From Basidiobolus meristosporus CBS 931.73 (taxonomy: Eukaryota > Fungi > Basidiobolomycota): DNA of 64,000 nt. Below the pieces are notes generated by a model, which saw only the letters and a list, made by a program, of their open reading frames with translations, searched no databases and was not told where the DNA came from. The stretch spans positions 79,809 to 143,808 of the forward strand of contig MCFE01000171.1 in the NCBI GenBank assembly GCA_002104905.1, in the 5' to 3' direction. The translations under genes and the position numbers were made by a program. Of the stretch, positions 26,893 through 40,895 are shown piece by piece (position 1 is the first letter of the stretch; each line of letters opens with the position of its first letter).

Positions 26893-29800
26893 TGTTGTAA
26901 GAGTCTTGGAGATATTGGAAGTGATTTGGAGAACAAGTAGATTATGTGGTTTTCACTTAATGATTTATTGAATGTAAAAGTGGTATTTATACTTTTACCT
27001 GGTCTTGGCATTACAAACACATAGAAGAGGTTAAGGAAGGTCCCAAGAACATGTGTGCAAAGTTTGGGGCTGTTTGGACAACTTTGAGAATTTTCATGTT
27101 CTGGGTACCTGGTATTTTGGTGAAAATATTCTAAGTAAATCCTGACAAGGAATTTGGTCAGTATTTTCTAGGATTTGAAGGTAATGATATAAGTGACTAA
27201 GTTAGGTGAATATTTAGGTGGAAATACAAATTTTTACAACACTCCCACTCAGCTAAATGTTCATACTGACTAGTCCTAATTTTGACCTAAGATATTCAAA
27301 CTTGTCTCTAGCTAATGGTTTGGTAAATATGTCTGCAATCATTTCATCTGTAGGACAGTAAACTAAGCTAACTAAGTTATTCTCTATAGCTTCACGTATG
27401 AAATGATGTCTAATATCTATGTGCTTGGTTCTAGCATGAAAAGTTGGATTTCTACCTAATTGTATACATCCTTGATTATCTTGAAATAAAGTAATAGGCG
27501 TTTTTTGACATAGGCCTAAATCTGTAAAGAGCTTTCTTAGCCACATTGCTTCTTTTGTAGCTTCACAGGCTGCCATATACTCTGCCTCTGTAGTAGAAAG
27601 TGCTATGGTTGGTTGCTTTCTTGAATTCCATGAAATTGCTCCTTTACAGTAAAGAAAGGTGTATCCTGTGGTGGATCTTCTGTCTTCTAAATTTTGTCCC
27701 CAATCAGCATCAGAGTATCCCACAAGATCCTGTTCTGAATCCTTATAAGTGTATCTTAAGCAGATATCAGCAGTTCCTTTTAGGTATCTAAAAATCCGCT
27801 TAACTGCTACAATATGATCAGATCCATAATTCTGATTATGTTGGCTGACAACTCCCACTGAATATGAGATATCTGGACGTGTTCCAAGCATGATATACAT
27901 CAGACTGCCGACCATAGATTGATAAGGAAAGTCAGGGCTTTCAGATGGCACCAAGCTCTCTTGATTTGGTTGAGTTTTGACCAAGTTAAGGTTTGTCTCC
28001 ATTGGGGTAGCTGCCGGTTTACAGTCTTCCATTTTGTACTTCTTTAGTATATCTTGAATATACTTGGATTGGCTTAGGGTAATAGTCTGGGTACTTCTGT
28101 CTATGGAGAACTTAATCCCTAAGTAGTAACTAAGTTCTCCTAGATCGGACATCTTGAACTCCTTAGATAGGCTGGATTTAGTCTCTTCCAATGTTTCTAG
28201 GTTATTGGCGGCTATAATAAGATCATCCACATATAGAGCTAATAGAACTGGACTTGCTCTATCTGGCTTATAGTATATACTATAGTCAGCATTACTCCTT
28301 TTGAAACTCATAGATTCCAAATAAGAATCTATCTTGCAATTGCAGGCTCTTGGTGATTGTTTGAGACCATATAGTGACTTTTTAAGCTTGCAGACCAAAT
28401 GGGGGTTATTTTGGTCAACAAACCCATCAGGCTGGTCCATATACACGTCCTCATCAAGTTCTCCATTCAAAAATGCAGTTTTTACATCCATTTGATGAAT
28501 AAAAAACTTATATTTGGCTGCAATAGCCAATATTAATCTGATGGAATTAAACTTGGCTACCGGTGCAAAGGTCTCAGTATAGTCAAGTCCTTTTGTTTGA
28601 GAGTATCCTTTGGCTACAAGTCTTGCTTTGTATCTTTCAATTGTGCCATCAGCCTTGTATTTTGTCTTGAAGACCCATCAGCATCCAATTGATTTTTGGT
28701 TGATTGGTAATTTGACTAAGTCCCAAGTTTGATTTTCCATCAGGGCCTGATATTCCTCAGTCATTGCAGATCTCCAAAACTTCGTCTGAGGGCTATTTAG
28801 GGCCTCTTTTACAGTCTGGGGTTCATCAATATGGACTGAATAGGCATAGGCTAAGTTTGTACCCTCATTGATATAGTAATTTGGGCTATTTCTTGTCCGA
28901 TTTGATCTCCGGGCATTTGATACTGGAATGATCACTTCTGGGATATTCCTGGGCACTGATTCTGGCTGAACCATGGTTGTAGAGTCCTCTGGAGTGAAAA
29001 AATTCTCATTGTTTTGCTCTGATTCAATCCTGACAATTGGTGGACTTGAGATCAAATTTTTGTCATCATCTGATGTCATTTTTTGTGAAAATTTTGAATT
29101 TTCATCAAACAACACATCCCTGGACTTGATCAGCTTTTTTGCTTTGGTATTGTAGAGTCTGTATGCCTTACTCTCATTGCAGTAGCCCAAAAATATGCAT
29201 TTTACACTTTTTGGCTCAAATTTTGACTGATTTCCGGCCAGTTTTTTGGCATATGCTGTACACCCAAATATTCTTAGATGTTCTGCACTTGGTCTGTATC
29301 CATACCATGCTTCAAATGGAGTAGAAACACGAAGTATTCTGTTATAACTCCTATTTTTAAGATATACAGCAGTGGCAACTGATTCCGCCCAAAAATCATA
29401 GGATAATTTTTGATCATGGATTATAGATCTTGCCATATCAATTATTGATCTGTTAGCTCGTTCTGGTACTCCATTTTGCTGTGGGGAGTATGGTACAGTA
29501 GTCTCTTGCTTTATCCCATGAATTTTGCAGAAGTGGATGAAGAGTTTTGAGGTATATTCTCCACCATTGTCAGAGCGTATTTTCTTGATTTTTTCACCAG
29601 TTTCTCTCTCCACCATGGCTTTAAACTCCCTGAACTTAGACAGAGCTTCTTCCTTTCTCTCCGTGAAGTAGACCCATGTGTATCTTGTATGATCATCAAT
29701 AAAAGTGATTAAATACTTCATCCCACCTAAGGATAAATTTTGCATAGGTCCACACAGATCTGAGTGAATTAGATCTAATTTTTTCTTAGTTTTGATTAAC

Positions 29801-31576
29801 CCAGAGCTCTTGAACGGTTGTCTAGCTTGTTTCCCATATATGCAGGCTTCACAGTGCTCCAAAATAGCTGGTGGATCAATTTTCACTCCAGAAATTAGCT
29901 GATCTTTGATCATTTTACGCAAATAATCAAAATTGATGTGTCCAAATCTCCTGTGCCAAAGCATTGGTGTTTCTTCATTTAAGTTACTTATATTGGCTTC
30001 CAAATATGATGGAATATAAGTCAACTTGTATAGGTTCTGATCTCTGATGCCCGAAGCAATATGGGCACCATTTTGATCACTGATCCTGCATCCAGAATTG
30101 TCAAAACTGAAACTGAGTCCTTCTGCTGTGGCCTTGCTTACAGAGAGTAGGTTCTTGGCTATTTCTGGTACATAGAGTACTTCTTTAAAGGTCAGTGTAT
30201 GGCTTCCTTCACTGCTTCTTAGGTTTACTTGGATAGTTCCTTCTCCCACTGCATCAAGTGTTCTATTGTCACCCATGAAAACCTTCTTAATTGGAATTTC
30301 TTGATATTGGGTAAAAAGTTCTTTTTGGTGTGTAAAGTGTTGAGAAGCTCCAGAGTCAATATACCACGTCTGAGAATCCTTGTTTGTGGTCATATTTAGT
30401 GCAGATATGAATAGTCTATCTTCAGTTGTTGCAGCATTTCCATATTCAGGCTTCTTTTTCTGATAATCTCTCTTTTTGAAACACCGGTCTGATGTGTGTC
30501 CTTTCCTTTTGCAGTAGTTGCAAAATAGGTTGCTGTTGCCTTTGTAGGGTCTTGGGTACCTCCTTTGTTGGTTATCATTGCTTATTAAAGCATTTTCTTC
30601 TTCCTTCTTATTGGTGCTTGATTTTCTTAATTCTTCATCCAGGAGCCTTCCATATACGTAATTTAAGGTCAAATCTTCAGTTCTGGACTCTAGGGCTGAT
30701 ACAAGGCCCTGAAACTCGTCTGTCAGGCTATTCAGGATGGTAACTATCACATCCTCATCAGTAGTTGGTACGCCCACAGATTCCATCTCATCTACCAGCA
30801 GGGTAATTCTGTTAATTAGATTTTTCATTTCTTCTCCTGGCAGCATCTTTGTAGTAAAGAATTTTCTTCTCAGATACATTTTCTTGGCAGCTGAACATGA
30901 CTGGTAGGTGTCTTCTAATGCCTTCCAGGCATTCTTTGCCGTTTTTGCTCTTGAGCATTGAATTAGCAATTTGTCCTTGACATTAAGGCAAATGCAGTTA
31001 AAGGCACTTTGTTCTTTCTTCTGGTACTTTAAGGCTTCCTCTCCCACGTTTTTAGGAGGGCATTCTTCTCCCATGACAATATCCCAAAGGCCTCTTTCTT
31101 GTAGCAGCATCTTCATCTTCACCTTCCACACTTGGTAGTTAGAGCCATCCAACTTTTCAGCAGAGGGAAAAATTCCAGTAATAGCAGTAGTAGACATTGC
31201 AGAGAGTGGCAGCTTGGGGCTCATAATCTGTTGTAAGAGTCTTGGAGATATTGGAAGTGATTTGGAGAACAAGTAGATTATGTGGTTTTCACTTAATGAT
31301 TTATTGAATGTAAAAGTGGTATTTATACTTTTACCTGGTCTTAGCATTACAAACACGTAGAATAGATTAAGGAAGGTCCCAAGAACATGTGTGCAAAGTT
31401 TGGGGCTGTTTGGACAACTTTGAGAATATTCATGTTCTGGGTACCTGGTATTTTGGTGAAAATATTCTAAGTAAATCCTGACAAGGAATTTGGTCAGTAT
31501 TCTCTAGGTTTGAAGGTGATGATCTAAGTGACTAAGTTAGGTGAATATTTAGGTGGAAATACGAATTTTCACAACA
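26893..31576 (-). mobile_element. Full-length Ty1/copia element B (4684 bp), defective
   Basis: LTRs 26893-27241 and 31229-31576, TSD AGTAC; same family as A. Confidence 0.97.
27253..31224 (-). pseudogene. copia B gag-pol with one nonsense codon at the start of RT (28678-28680)
   Basis: KSIGC* where A has KSIGCRW; integrase DDE intact. Confidence 0.93.
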
Positions 31577-31603
31577 AGTACAAGATTCAAGTAGAGCATT
31601 TTG

Positions 31604-34600
31604 TGTTGTAATTATTGAGTTGTCACCTAAATATTCATGCTAACTTAGTCACATAGATCTTATACTGTGATTAGCATTCTGTCCTGACCAGATTTCTTGT
31701 CAGGATTTACTTAAAATATTTTCACCAAATTGTCAGGTACCCAGATTATTATTTTTCTCAAAGTTGTCCAAAAGACCCCAAACTTTGCACATATATTCTT
31801 GGGACCTTCCTTAACAAACTCTACATGCTTGCTTTCTCTACTCTATCAAAAGTATATATACTATACTTTTGATCAATAAATCTACAAGTGAACAACATGT
31901 AAATCCTTGTGTTCTCCACATCACTTCCAATACTCCTCAGAATATTTCAACAGGTTATGAGCCCCAAGCTTGCTGTCCTCTTGGTGTCTACTTTGCCTTG
32001 GATCCTTTTCTGCTAGTCAGGAGAAAGACTTTCTGCACTATTGTCCTGCCAAAGTTAAAGATGACTACTGCTGCTATAAGGACTATGTTCATGAGGATAT
32101 TGCTGTAGAGAAGAAGGCCATGACTTCAAAAGGCTCATTTGGTAACTACTCAAGCTGGTTATGAAGGAAAGTCTATCAAGTTGACATGTTAACATGTCAA
32201 GAAATATAGTATATTGGTGCTCTACCAATACTGAAGAAAATTGCATAATTCCAGCAATTGAGGGTCCAGATCTACAATGAAATATATTGCTATATGTATT
32301 CATAAGACCTCAATTGACTGCTAGAAAAGCTTTTGGATAGGATATTATCCTGAATTGCAAAAAAAAATAGATCATCATTGAATGATTGCTGGAGGAGGAT
32401 TTTACCAAATCTGTTGCTGCTCAAGACAAGGCTGAGAGTGCAAATACTGGAGCTGTTAACTGCCATTTTGGACTACCTATTAGTGGGAAAAGATCTCAGA
32501 AACAAGCCCCTCAGTTGTAAGGATCTTGATGATATACAATACATATATATCTACCTGGAGTACCAATATGTACTACACAATCCAATGGAAGAATGCTATA
32601 TTTGTATCAAGCGTTTTGATACTGAAACTAATGTACAAGGAGCCAAATATGGAGCTGTTAGATGTGCTATCCCTCAGTTTAAGTCTCAAAACAGTGGGAG
32701 AAAGTTTTATACAAATCTAGCAAAATCAACTCAAGAAGATTCTACCGCCAGCTAAAGGAGTGAAGCATATAATTGAAAGTCTGATTGGAGTATACAACTA
32801 AGCAACAGTTGGTAAGTACACAGCTAAGAGCCACTTAGAAGATAACATAGTATTTTATACTTGTTACATATATATATTTTATTACAGTGAGAGAAAACAC
32901 TTGGTGATATTCAACTTCTCTGAATCAGATCAGAAAAATTTTGATTAATCAAATCACTGCCAAGCTCCACAACTCAAGATGCTAATATATTACAGTCTGA
33001 TACCAAAGTAATGATGAAGCTAACTATTAAATGCAGTTAATTTGATCAAATCTGGTCAACTCTATCAAAAGTTATGACTGTTCTAAGTGGATGCTGATTT
33101 TGATTATTTCACTCTCAAAAAGTCAGATATTATGGAACAATGCTGTCATGGAGACTCTTGTGCTCAAAAACACCATGGTCCTACCTGCAAGGAAGTCCAG
33201 AACCACCCCACAAAAGGAATTATCCCTGGGCCATCTGCTGAAAAAGAAAAGAAGAAAAAATAGAAAATTTTACTACTGCAAACTATGGTACATCCCAAAT
33301 GGAGCCAAAACATATGTAGGACATATTTGGACTATCTGGCAATGCAAATATGCTCTATGGAGCCTCTTGTAAAAAGTTCTCAAGCCACAAATCCCAGAAG
33401 AGCCTTGAAACCTCAACAGGATCTGTCAGATTTTGTAGTATATATTGGAACAGATTATTTAATGCAGCAGTCTTGATGTCTGCTGTCTATGGAGCTGAAA
33501 GAAAAAGGTGTAAGGATCAACCAAGATGGTCTTTATGGATTCTGCAGACACTGAGAAGATAAGTTAGCCTTTCAAACCAACCTCAAGGCTGAAAATAACC
33601 ATCAGGAGAAAAAGGATAATCAAAGCCCTTGCTAAGCAGAATCTCACTTCTGATAAAACGCCAATCTCTATTCTACAAGCATATTCTGCTAAGACAAAAG
33701 CAGCTGTATCAGTCCAAATAAGTAGAAGCACTCTAAGAATAGCTACCAAACAACCTATGGTGTTGTCCAATACCAAACTGGGTAAATCAAGAAGCAAATG
33801 GACTTTGAATCTACCACAAATGAAGTAATCAGTCCTAAGAAAGTTATTGCTACTTAAAGAAGACAAAGATGACCATTCTAGATCATTTTTGTGGATCTGA
33901 ATCACTAAACAGATGTGATTCAAGTGGGAGCAGGCCATCCCAGCTTAGAGTGGAGCAAAAACCTTGTTTTTTTGGCCATGTTGGCATGTGCTGCTGTGCC
34001 AGGAAATGAGGATAATCCAGTTCAGGTGTAAATGACAAAACCTTAACTTGGCCCAATATAGGTCATTTCTTTTACCTCATACAGAGTCTATGTGTTGGAA
34101 GCAACTGTCCCTGAGCCAAATATGGACATACAGTGAAGTTGTGCAATTGAGTTAGACTTTTGCATGGTGTTGTGCCTCAACATTTAAAATTTGGCCAATT
34201 TCACTCCATTAGAAAATTTAGCACCCTAACTGATTTTCCCTAACCCAAACATAACTGATCCCTGTTATGATTTATTTTATCACTTCTCAGAATCTATTTT
34301 TAGCTGTCACACCTGATTGATTTTCATGTGGTCATTACGTACTCAAATGATCTGCTAAGCCTTTCCAAGTGATTAGTCATCTGAGATTTATCCAACCACT
34401 TAGCATTTGCCAAGACATCAGCTGATTAATGATGCAATTTTTCATTTATCTTATGCACCTATCAACACCCCAACAGATTTCAATTAGTCCAGTCTCTTGG
34501 TGCTTACTAATGCAACTCAATCAGAAAAGTATAAATAAAGTTTACTGAACCTTTTGGTTTAGTGTGTGTCTCAACACAATTAAGAATTCAACAAATCCAT

Positions 34601-35589
34601 TCTAGTTTCTACCCAAGCTTAGCATATCTAGCACTCTCAAGAACACCAAGCCTAGCCTGCATAGCAAACCTACTCTGTTACCTTTGTAGCCCAACTCAGC
34701 TATATATAAGACCAATATTAGACCAGAACCTCTCTGCTAATGTTTCTGACACTCTTGACAATTCTAAGATTCTGCACTTAGTTGTCACTTAGGTTCAGTT
34801 AACTCATTCAAGAGTTTTATTACACTTTTCTCTTGGATACAACACCAAGAAATAAGGAAACTCCAGATTTGTTGTAAATGACTAAACCTTAGTTTGACCA
34901 AAAGTGGGTCAATTTTGCTCAAATAAGAGGCATTAGATAGCCCAGAGGCTATATATTATTATTACAATCTGTCAATTAGACTCAGCGTATCTATCAAGTC
35001 CGTACAACTGATCAAAGTTGACAATTAGTATTATGATCAGATCATTCCAATCTTTAGGCATACCACCAAGTAGAGATACACATTGAATTCCAAGTTACTT
35101 GTTCAATTAGGTTGAACACAGGTGCATATACTGTTGGATAATATATTAGTCCAGTATGCAACACAGCTAAGTCTTATATGCTTATTACAGATTGCACACT
35201 CTCAATATGTATTTATTACTAATATTTTGTTGAGTGGGAGTGTTGTAATTGTTGAGTTGTCACCTAAATATTCATGCTAACTTAGTCACATAGATTTCAT
35301 ACTGTGATTAGCATTCTGTCCTGACCAGATTTCTTGTCAGGATTTACTTAGAATATTTTCACCAAATTGTCAGGTACCCAGATTATTATTTTTCTCAAAG
35401 TTGTCCAAAAGACCCCAAACTTTGCACATATATTCTTGGGACCTTCCTTAACAAACTCTTCACATTTGCTTTCTCTACTCTATCAAAGGTATAAATTCTA
35501 TACTTTTAATTAATAAATCTACAAGTGAATTACATGTAAATTCTTTAGTTCTCCACATCACTTTCAATACTCCTCAGAATATTGCAACA
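31604..35589 (+). mobile_element. Degenerate copia element C (LTR family 2)
   Basis: LTRs 31604-31952 and 35241-35589, TSD TTTTG, PBS GGTTATGAGCCC, PPT TGAGTGGGAG; interior decayed and shortened. Confidence 0.9.
34168..34844 (+). repeat. Probable solo LTR (family 4) nested in copia C
   Basis: TGTTG...CAACA ends, TATATAA box, homologous to 11309-11829; flanks CATGG/CCAAG are not a clean TSD. Confidence 0.5.
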
Positions 35590-36249
35590 TTTTGAAGCTC
35601 CACTAGACTTCCATATCCCAGAGTGCTCAGCAACTGGTTCCATACCAGGAGTATTTTGGAAACCTTGCCAGTTGGGAATGACAGACCTTCTGGAAGGCAA
35701 AGGCCCTTTTGTTCTGGCAAATACCAGGCACATTGTGTGAAGTTTCAAGCACTATCTGACATTGATGGTAACATTGAATGTTTTAGTGGCCATTTGCAGG
35801 AGGTGGGCCTGACAATGCACTCTGGGTAAAGAATCATCCAGAATGCAGTAGAGGGGAGAGATATCTGGCAGACTAAGCTTATGTTGGAGAGGATTGTTAG
35901 AGATTAGGATGTATTATAGCTCTTAGGAAGCCAAGGAATGGAGTGCCTAGCAGGAAGCAGAAGCCCTACAATGAGATATTTAATCATATAAAAGCAAGAG
36001 TAGAGCATACGTTTGGATATCTAGAGAGATTTAGCATATTAGCTGTCAGGAAAGTCATATACAGGAGAAAACAGCAGAATAGGTAAAATAGTTAGGATAC
36101 TTATTAATGCATAGTATATTCAAATAAGAATACATTCACTGAGAGAAATGTGTCTGGAGCATTATGAAGAGTAGATAATGCAAGAAAAGCACTGTTCTGA
36201 GCAGCATAAGTAAGATTGAGTAAAAACACCAGTAACTGTATCCAACACT

Positions 36250-38253
36250 GTAAGCAATGCATTCTGCATTTCAGTAATATCCCTATACCAATGATAAAGT
36301 TGAACATGAAGCATTTCAAGCTAATTGAGCCCTTTGATATAGCAGAGAAACTTGAAAAAATTAGCAAGATATTTCAGAGTATCTACTGCCCAAAGTCCTT
36401 CTCACAGGCTCCAATCCCCTATGAAAAATTATTGTGATGATCCTGTCAAAAGGCCATCACGGATTCTAAGTCCCAATAATGCTCATGAGTCAATCATAAT
36501 CTTCACTGGTACTCTATTGACTACTCCTTTCAAGTATAATAGCTTTCCTGAGTTTGAGGTTATTTTAGATAAGTATTCTTCTGTCATATAGAAGGTAAGT
36601 TCATGGTCTTCATGAAGTTCATCCCCCATATTACTATGCTCAAGGGCTTACATGTGGTTGAAGGCTCTTGCTGACTAGTGTCCGTTTCTTCTCTGAGAGT
36701 TGTACTATGAAATATGCCCTTGCTGGTGGCAATTAATGAAAAGTCCTTTCTTCTTACATTCTTCTGAAGTGGAATTCTTCTGTATAGTGTCTATTTCCAT
36801 TTACACTGCTTCTGATTTCTTCTTTCAAAGTGATTATAGCCTCTGTGATAAGTCACATCGCTGAGTCATAGTCAATAGACCCATGATGGCTTCTTCAGTG
36901 ATTTGAGGCCTTCAGTAATCAACTTCCTTGCAAGTATGTTCTTTCCACCCATCATCAAAGTATTCATCTTGATAAGGTAGCTGACCTGATCTGTTATGAA
37001 GCCACTGTAAATCTTCATTGGCTAAGTAAGAAACTGCATAATGCTGCTTGCTCTGTGGAGCAATTCCCTCAGCCTTAAAAGCTTCTTCAATCTAGAAGAG
37101 CCAAGTTCCCAGGACTCATTGACTTTATCATGATACTAGTTAACCTTCATGCTAAAGTTGCACTTCACAGGTTTTGCTGGTTCTAGGACTTGATAGTAAT
37201 TCCTTGTTGCAGCTAGCTAAGGATCTGGAGTAACTGCTGCTGTTGGGCCAGGATTTGCTGCATAGTATTCTTCCATTCTTGCATCTCTACATCTTGAATG
37301 AAGTTTCTTCTTTCTTCAGGGGAGATATTTCTGGTTATTGCTGCTATCTATGTTACCAGTCTTGATACAAGAGTTGTAGAGGTATAGGAAGTTTAGCTAG
37401 TACTGTATTTACTTAAACTTACACCAATGTTTATTGAGGTTCCAGTAGCTCCTGACATACATTCTGCCAGACCAATTGATGACTAATTTTATTTCCTGAA
37501 GTAGGTAGTGGCAGATGACTCATTTAATTACTTCATTATCCCTCAATTGGATCCTGCTTAATATATCAGTTGCTGTCTGATAAGTGTCATGATCACATGA
37601 CAACCATGAACACCCATGCCAAGTTTCAGCTTCCTAGCTCAGTTTGTAAGAGATTCCTTCTGGAACCTTCTACCACCTTCCAGAAAGTTCCTGACCATTG
37701 CAAACCATTGTTACACAATGGAACATTTCATGGAAGCTTCCCATTATATTTTTCATAGTCTAATGCCATATATGGAAATACCAGGCCACATGACTTGGTC
37801 ACACAATCAGGTGACCCAATCCATTTCCCCATCCTGTCTCAGTGCCTTGCCTTCTATATTATTATCCCCAGCACTGCTGCTGTGCCTCACCCCACAACCC
37901 CATTAGTATTAGCTAATATCTCTTGGCATCAGTATAGCCAAAAAGTATATATAGCCCTGTTCCCCCTTAAGTACTCTTCAGTCTGATAGACACAGGTCTT
38001 GAATAAGCAGCCTTGCCTTGGAAATCCACCTTGCCTTGTTGATCCACACCTAAGTCCTTTCCTGGTCCTGCCTTGCCTAGCTCTACTCTCCTGTGTTGTG
38101 TCTATTCATAACAATAAGTATTTACCAATGCATCTTCTAATCAATACTACTGACTTGATAGACATCCCTTACTTACTAATGGGCTAATCATAAAACCAAT
38201 TGATTTGACTAAGAACTCATGTAACGTAACAATTCAAGTGGTAGATCATGACA
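36250..38253 (-). mobile_element. Degenerate Ty3/gypsy remnant (5' LTR, gag, protease) related to the intact element at 59036
   Basis: Reverse complement aligns to 59036-60560 (LTR ends at 37351 and 38253; GKLLYL.G...MIDS region); left boundary approximate. Confidence 0.8.
37585..38113. repeat. Solo LTR (family 6, 529 bp) inserted in the gypsy remnant LTR
   Basis: TG...CA ends with ATAAG duplicated on both sides. Confidence 0.78.
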
Positions 38254-38643
38254 TGTTTGATGAGAATCCATCAAGTACCAAGCAAAGGCATGGGCATTCA
38301 TACCTTCAAAGTAGACCTTACTTCTTAGCTGTTTGTAACCTTTGTTATCAAATATATTGAAATATTTGCACTTGATTGATGCTAAGTGTGGTAATGTATA
38401 ATTTCACAATATTTGTCAGACTGTATGAGCTTCTTTAGATGGGGTATTATTGGAGTATAACTGGGGTGTGAGGGACATTTTCCTGCTATGGTGGTGGATT
38501 CCTTGCAAGTTGAACTTGTTGAAGTGGTGGCATCTTCTGATGTGAATGCCATGGAGTTATTAATACAGGCAGGGATCAGGATGGTCTCTGGGTCATATCT
38601 TGCTAGCTGCATAACAGTTGTCCATTAGGGCCATGCACATAGT

Positions 38644-38961
38644 CCCTATGAGAAATCTCAAGCTTGTAATTTATTGGGCTTTCAGCTAGTGTTCTGCTTG
38701 TATTCTATTGGTATTTTGCTGGTATTCAGCTGGTGTTTTTGGCTCAAAATTTCAAATGCAATATTTGAGGGAAGTAATGTGCAGCTAATTACCAAACTTG
38801 GTATGGATGCTAGTTAGCCTATTCTCCAGTGGAGACTTTGTTTGCTTGCCTGCCCATCAGCTAACAACAGAGATATTAAGAGTTACCAATTTGAGAAACT
38901 AGGAATTCAGCTGATATTATGACGGTATTTTGCTAGCCTTGCCTTAATTTTACTCTTAGGG
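38644..38961. mobile_element. 318-bp MITE (CCCTATGA / TCTTAGGG termini, TSD AGT)
   Basis: Reverse-complement homolog of 25378-26053 without the solo LTR; AGT on both sides. Confidence 0.82.
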
Positions 38962-40895
38962 AGTAAGATGCATCCCAAACAATTTTTGCAAGTGGTTGTA
39001 GTAATTCTTCAAGGCTCCCATTACCAATATTAATGGAAACACACCACTTTTCTAGCCACAACATCACATTACTCACAAACAGATGGATTACTGGGCTCAT
39101 TTGGCTCTATAAAGTGTCCTTGGCACTTTTTTCTACAGGTGTTGTCTCATTGCATCTTGCAATTTTGTTGGACTCAAGCAAGGTACTGTTGTTAGAGGAG
39201 ATAGGCTCACAATATATTAGTGAGTCTTCTTTTTCAGAGCTATTGCTCTTTCTGCCATATTCAGAAGGCTGAGGTGAGCCCAAAGGCACTACAGACTCAC
39301 ATGACTTAGTTTGCACACGGTGACAGGTACAGCTAGGTGCTGTTATATAAGTATCAAGTGGCTGGCAGGATGTAGTTGGTACAGAAGTACCTGATCAATT
39401 GTCAAACATGACTTGTGTGGCAAAACACTGGCTGTGAGCCTTTTAATACTTCCTATGCTGTCTGTGCCCTTCATGGCTGGAAGGCTTGTTACAATAGCCA
39501 CAATGTGTCAGCTTGTTCATAGTGCTGGATCAATCTAGCACTCTAAGGCACTATCTGGCACTATCCTTTTTATCACAATGCCAGTGGTAGGATATAGTTA
39601 CTGGTAACTATACTCAATCTTGCTTATGTTGCTCATATTAGTGCTTTCCTTGCTATATCTACTCTTCATATTAGACTTGTTCCATCATACCGTGCCAGGG
39701 CGCGTGGCGCAATCCGCGGTTGCAAAGAACGATCGGGCACGATATTATAGCTACCAGAAGGCAGGATTGTTCTTGGACAATTTTGCACTATGCGGGACAA
39801 TCTCGCACACTATGGCACAATCTGACACGATGAGGTTGGCGCGGATGATCGCGCCAACTCGTAATGCTTGCATCACATGCGCGATTGGATACCGCTATAA
39901 TGGCAGGTAAAATCCGGTATTTGGATATGTTTCTTTAATGTAAATGGAAATAAATGTGTATCACACTATAAACTACACTGATACTTACCATTTTGGTTAC
40001 CCTCACTCCAATTGGACGGTATCTCAGTGGTTAATTGGTCCAAAAGTATCCTGAAGCTGGCAGCCCCCAATTGGCTCATTGACTACTGAAAAAGCTACCT
40101 GATTTGCCATCAAATATCCCATTTTGCCCATTGAGCAAGTAAATCCCTGATCCTAGTGATTGGGCAAGGTGTCATAGCTAGCATGCAAGCGATCGTGTAG
40201 GTGCAAAACAGATCCAATAGCTGCACTGGTATTACAGATGACGTATATATATGCAGGGTGTTTATTTATAAGGGTTCTGTCTCAAATGTGAGACGACCTT
40301 GATATTACTTATATCAAAAATTTGATGATCACTGATTTGCGATGGCTCAATTCGGATCGCAAAAAAAAAGGGTTGTTGGGATCATTACGAATGTGAGTGA
40401 TTCAAAGCAATCGCATTATCTTCTCCTGGGTTTTTTTCTCACAGGGATTACTACTGAAGCATTTGGTAGTGACTCACTTTGCACACCTATACTACTTCCT
40501 GGCTGACTATCATCTTGGCTACTTGTGTATTTGTAGTCAGTATTTTGCCTCCTAGTTGATGAGTGCGATGCTGCAGCTTGGCCACGCTGAATCGCTCCAA
40601 CTGAACCAACTGAACCAACTGAACCGGCCTGTAGTGCCACGCACTGACGCGTTCTTTTACTTGCCAAGGGCTCCGGTGGTTGAGTCACTTCATGTTGGTC
40701 ATCATCAGTCAGTTCACCAGAAGTAACTCGCTGATGGTCAGGCAAAACAGCACACGCAGGCGCGCCTTGACGCGTTGAGATGGCCCTTGGCTGAGTTCGA
40801 TGTGATGCCGCATGTTGACGTGACTTGGTCCGCTCCAATGGACTTGTGTCTAACTGAGCAGTTTGGTGAGTTCTGGTAGTTTTGCTCTGAAGCGC

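Larger units (their letters stand above)
24880..36245 (+). mobile_element. PHIS transposon copy H1 (old, ends lost), interrupted by a MITE and copia B and C
   Basis: ORF2 remnant on minus strand (~24900-26200) and transposase pieces 26580-26892, 31577-31603, 35590-36170 colinear with H2. Confidence 0.82.

Noticed and set aside
34163-34849. TSD for LTR family 4
   Set aside because: Flanks CATGG and CCAAG match at only 2 of 5 positions
40598-40626. CCAACTGAA x3 tandem repeat as regulatory array
   Set aside because: In-frame GSV repeat in the ORF2 low-complexity tail with variable copy number
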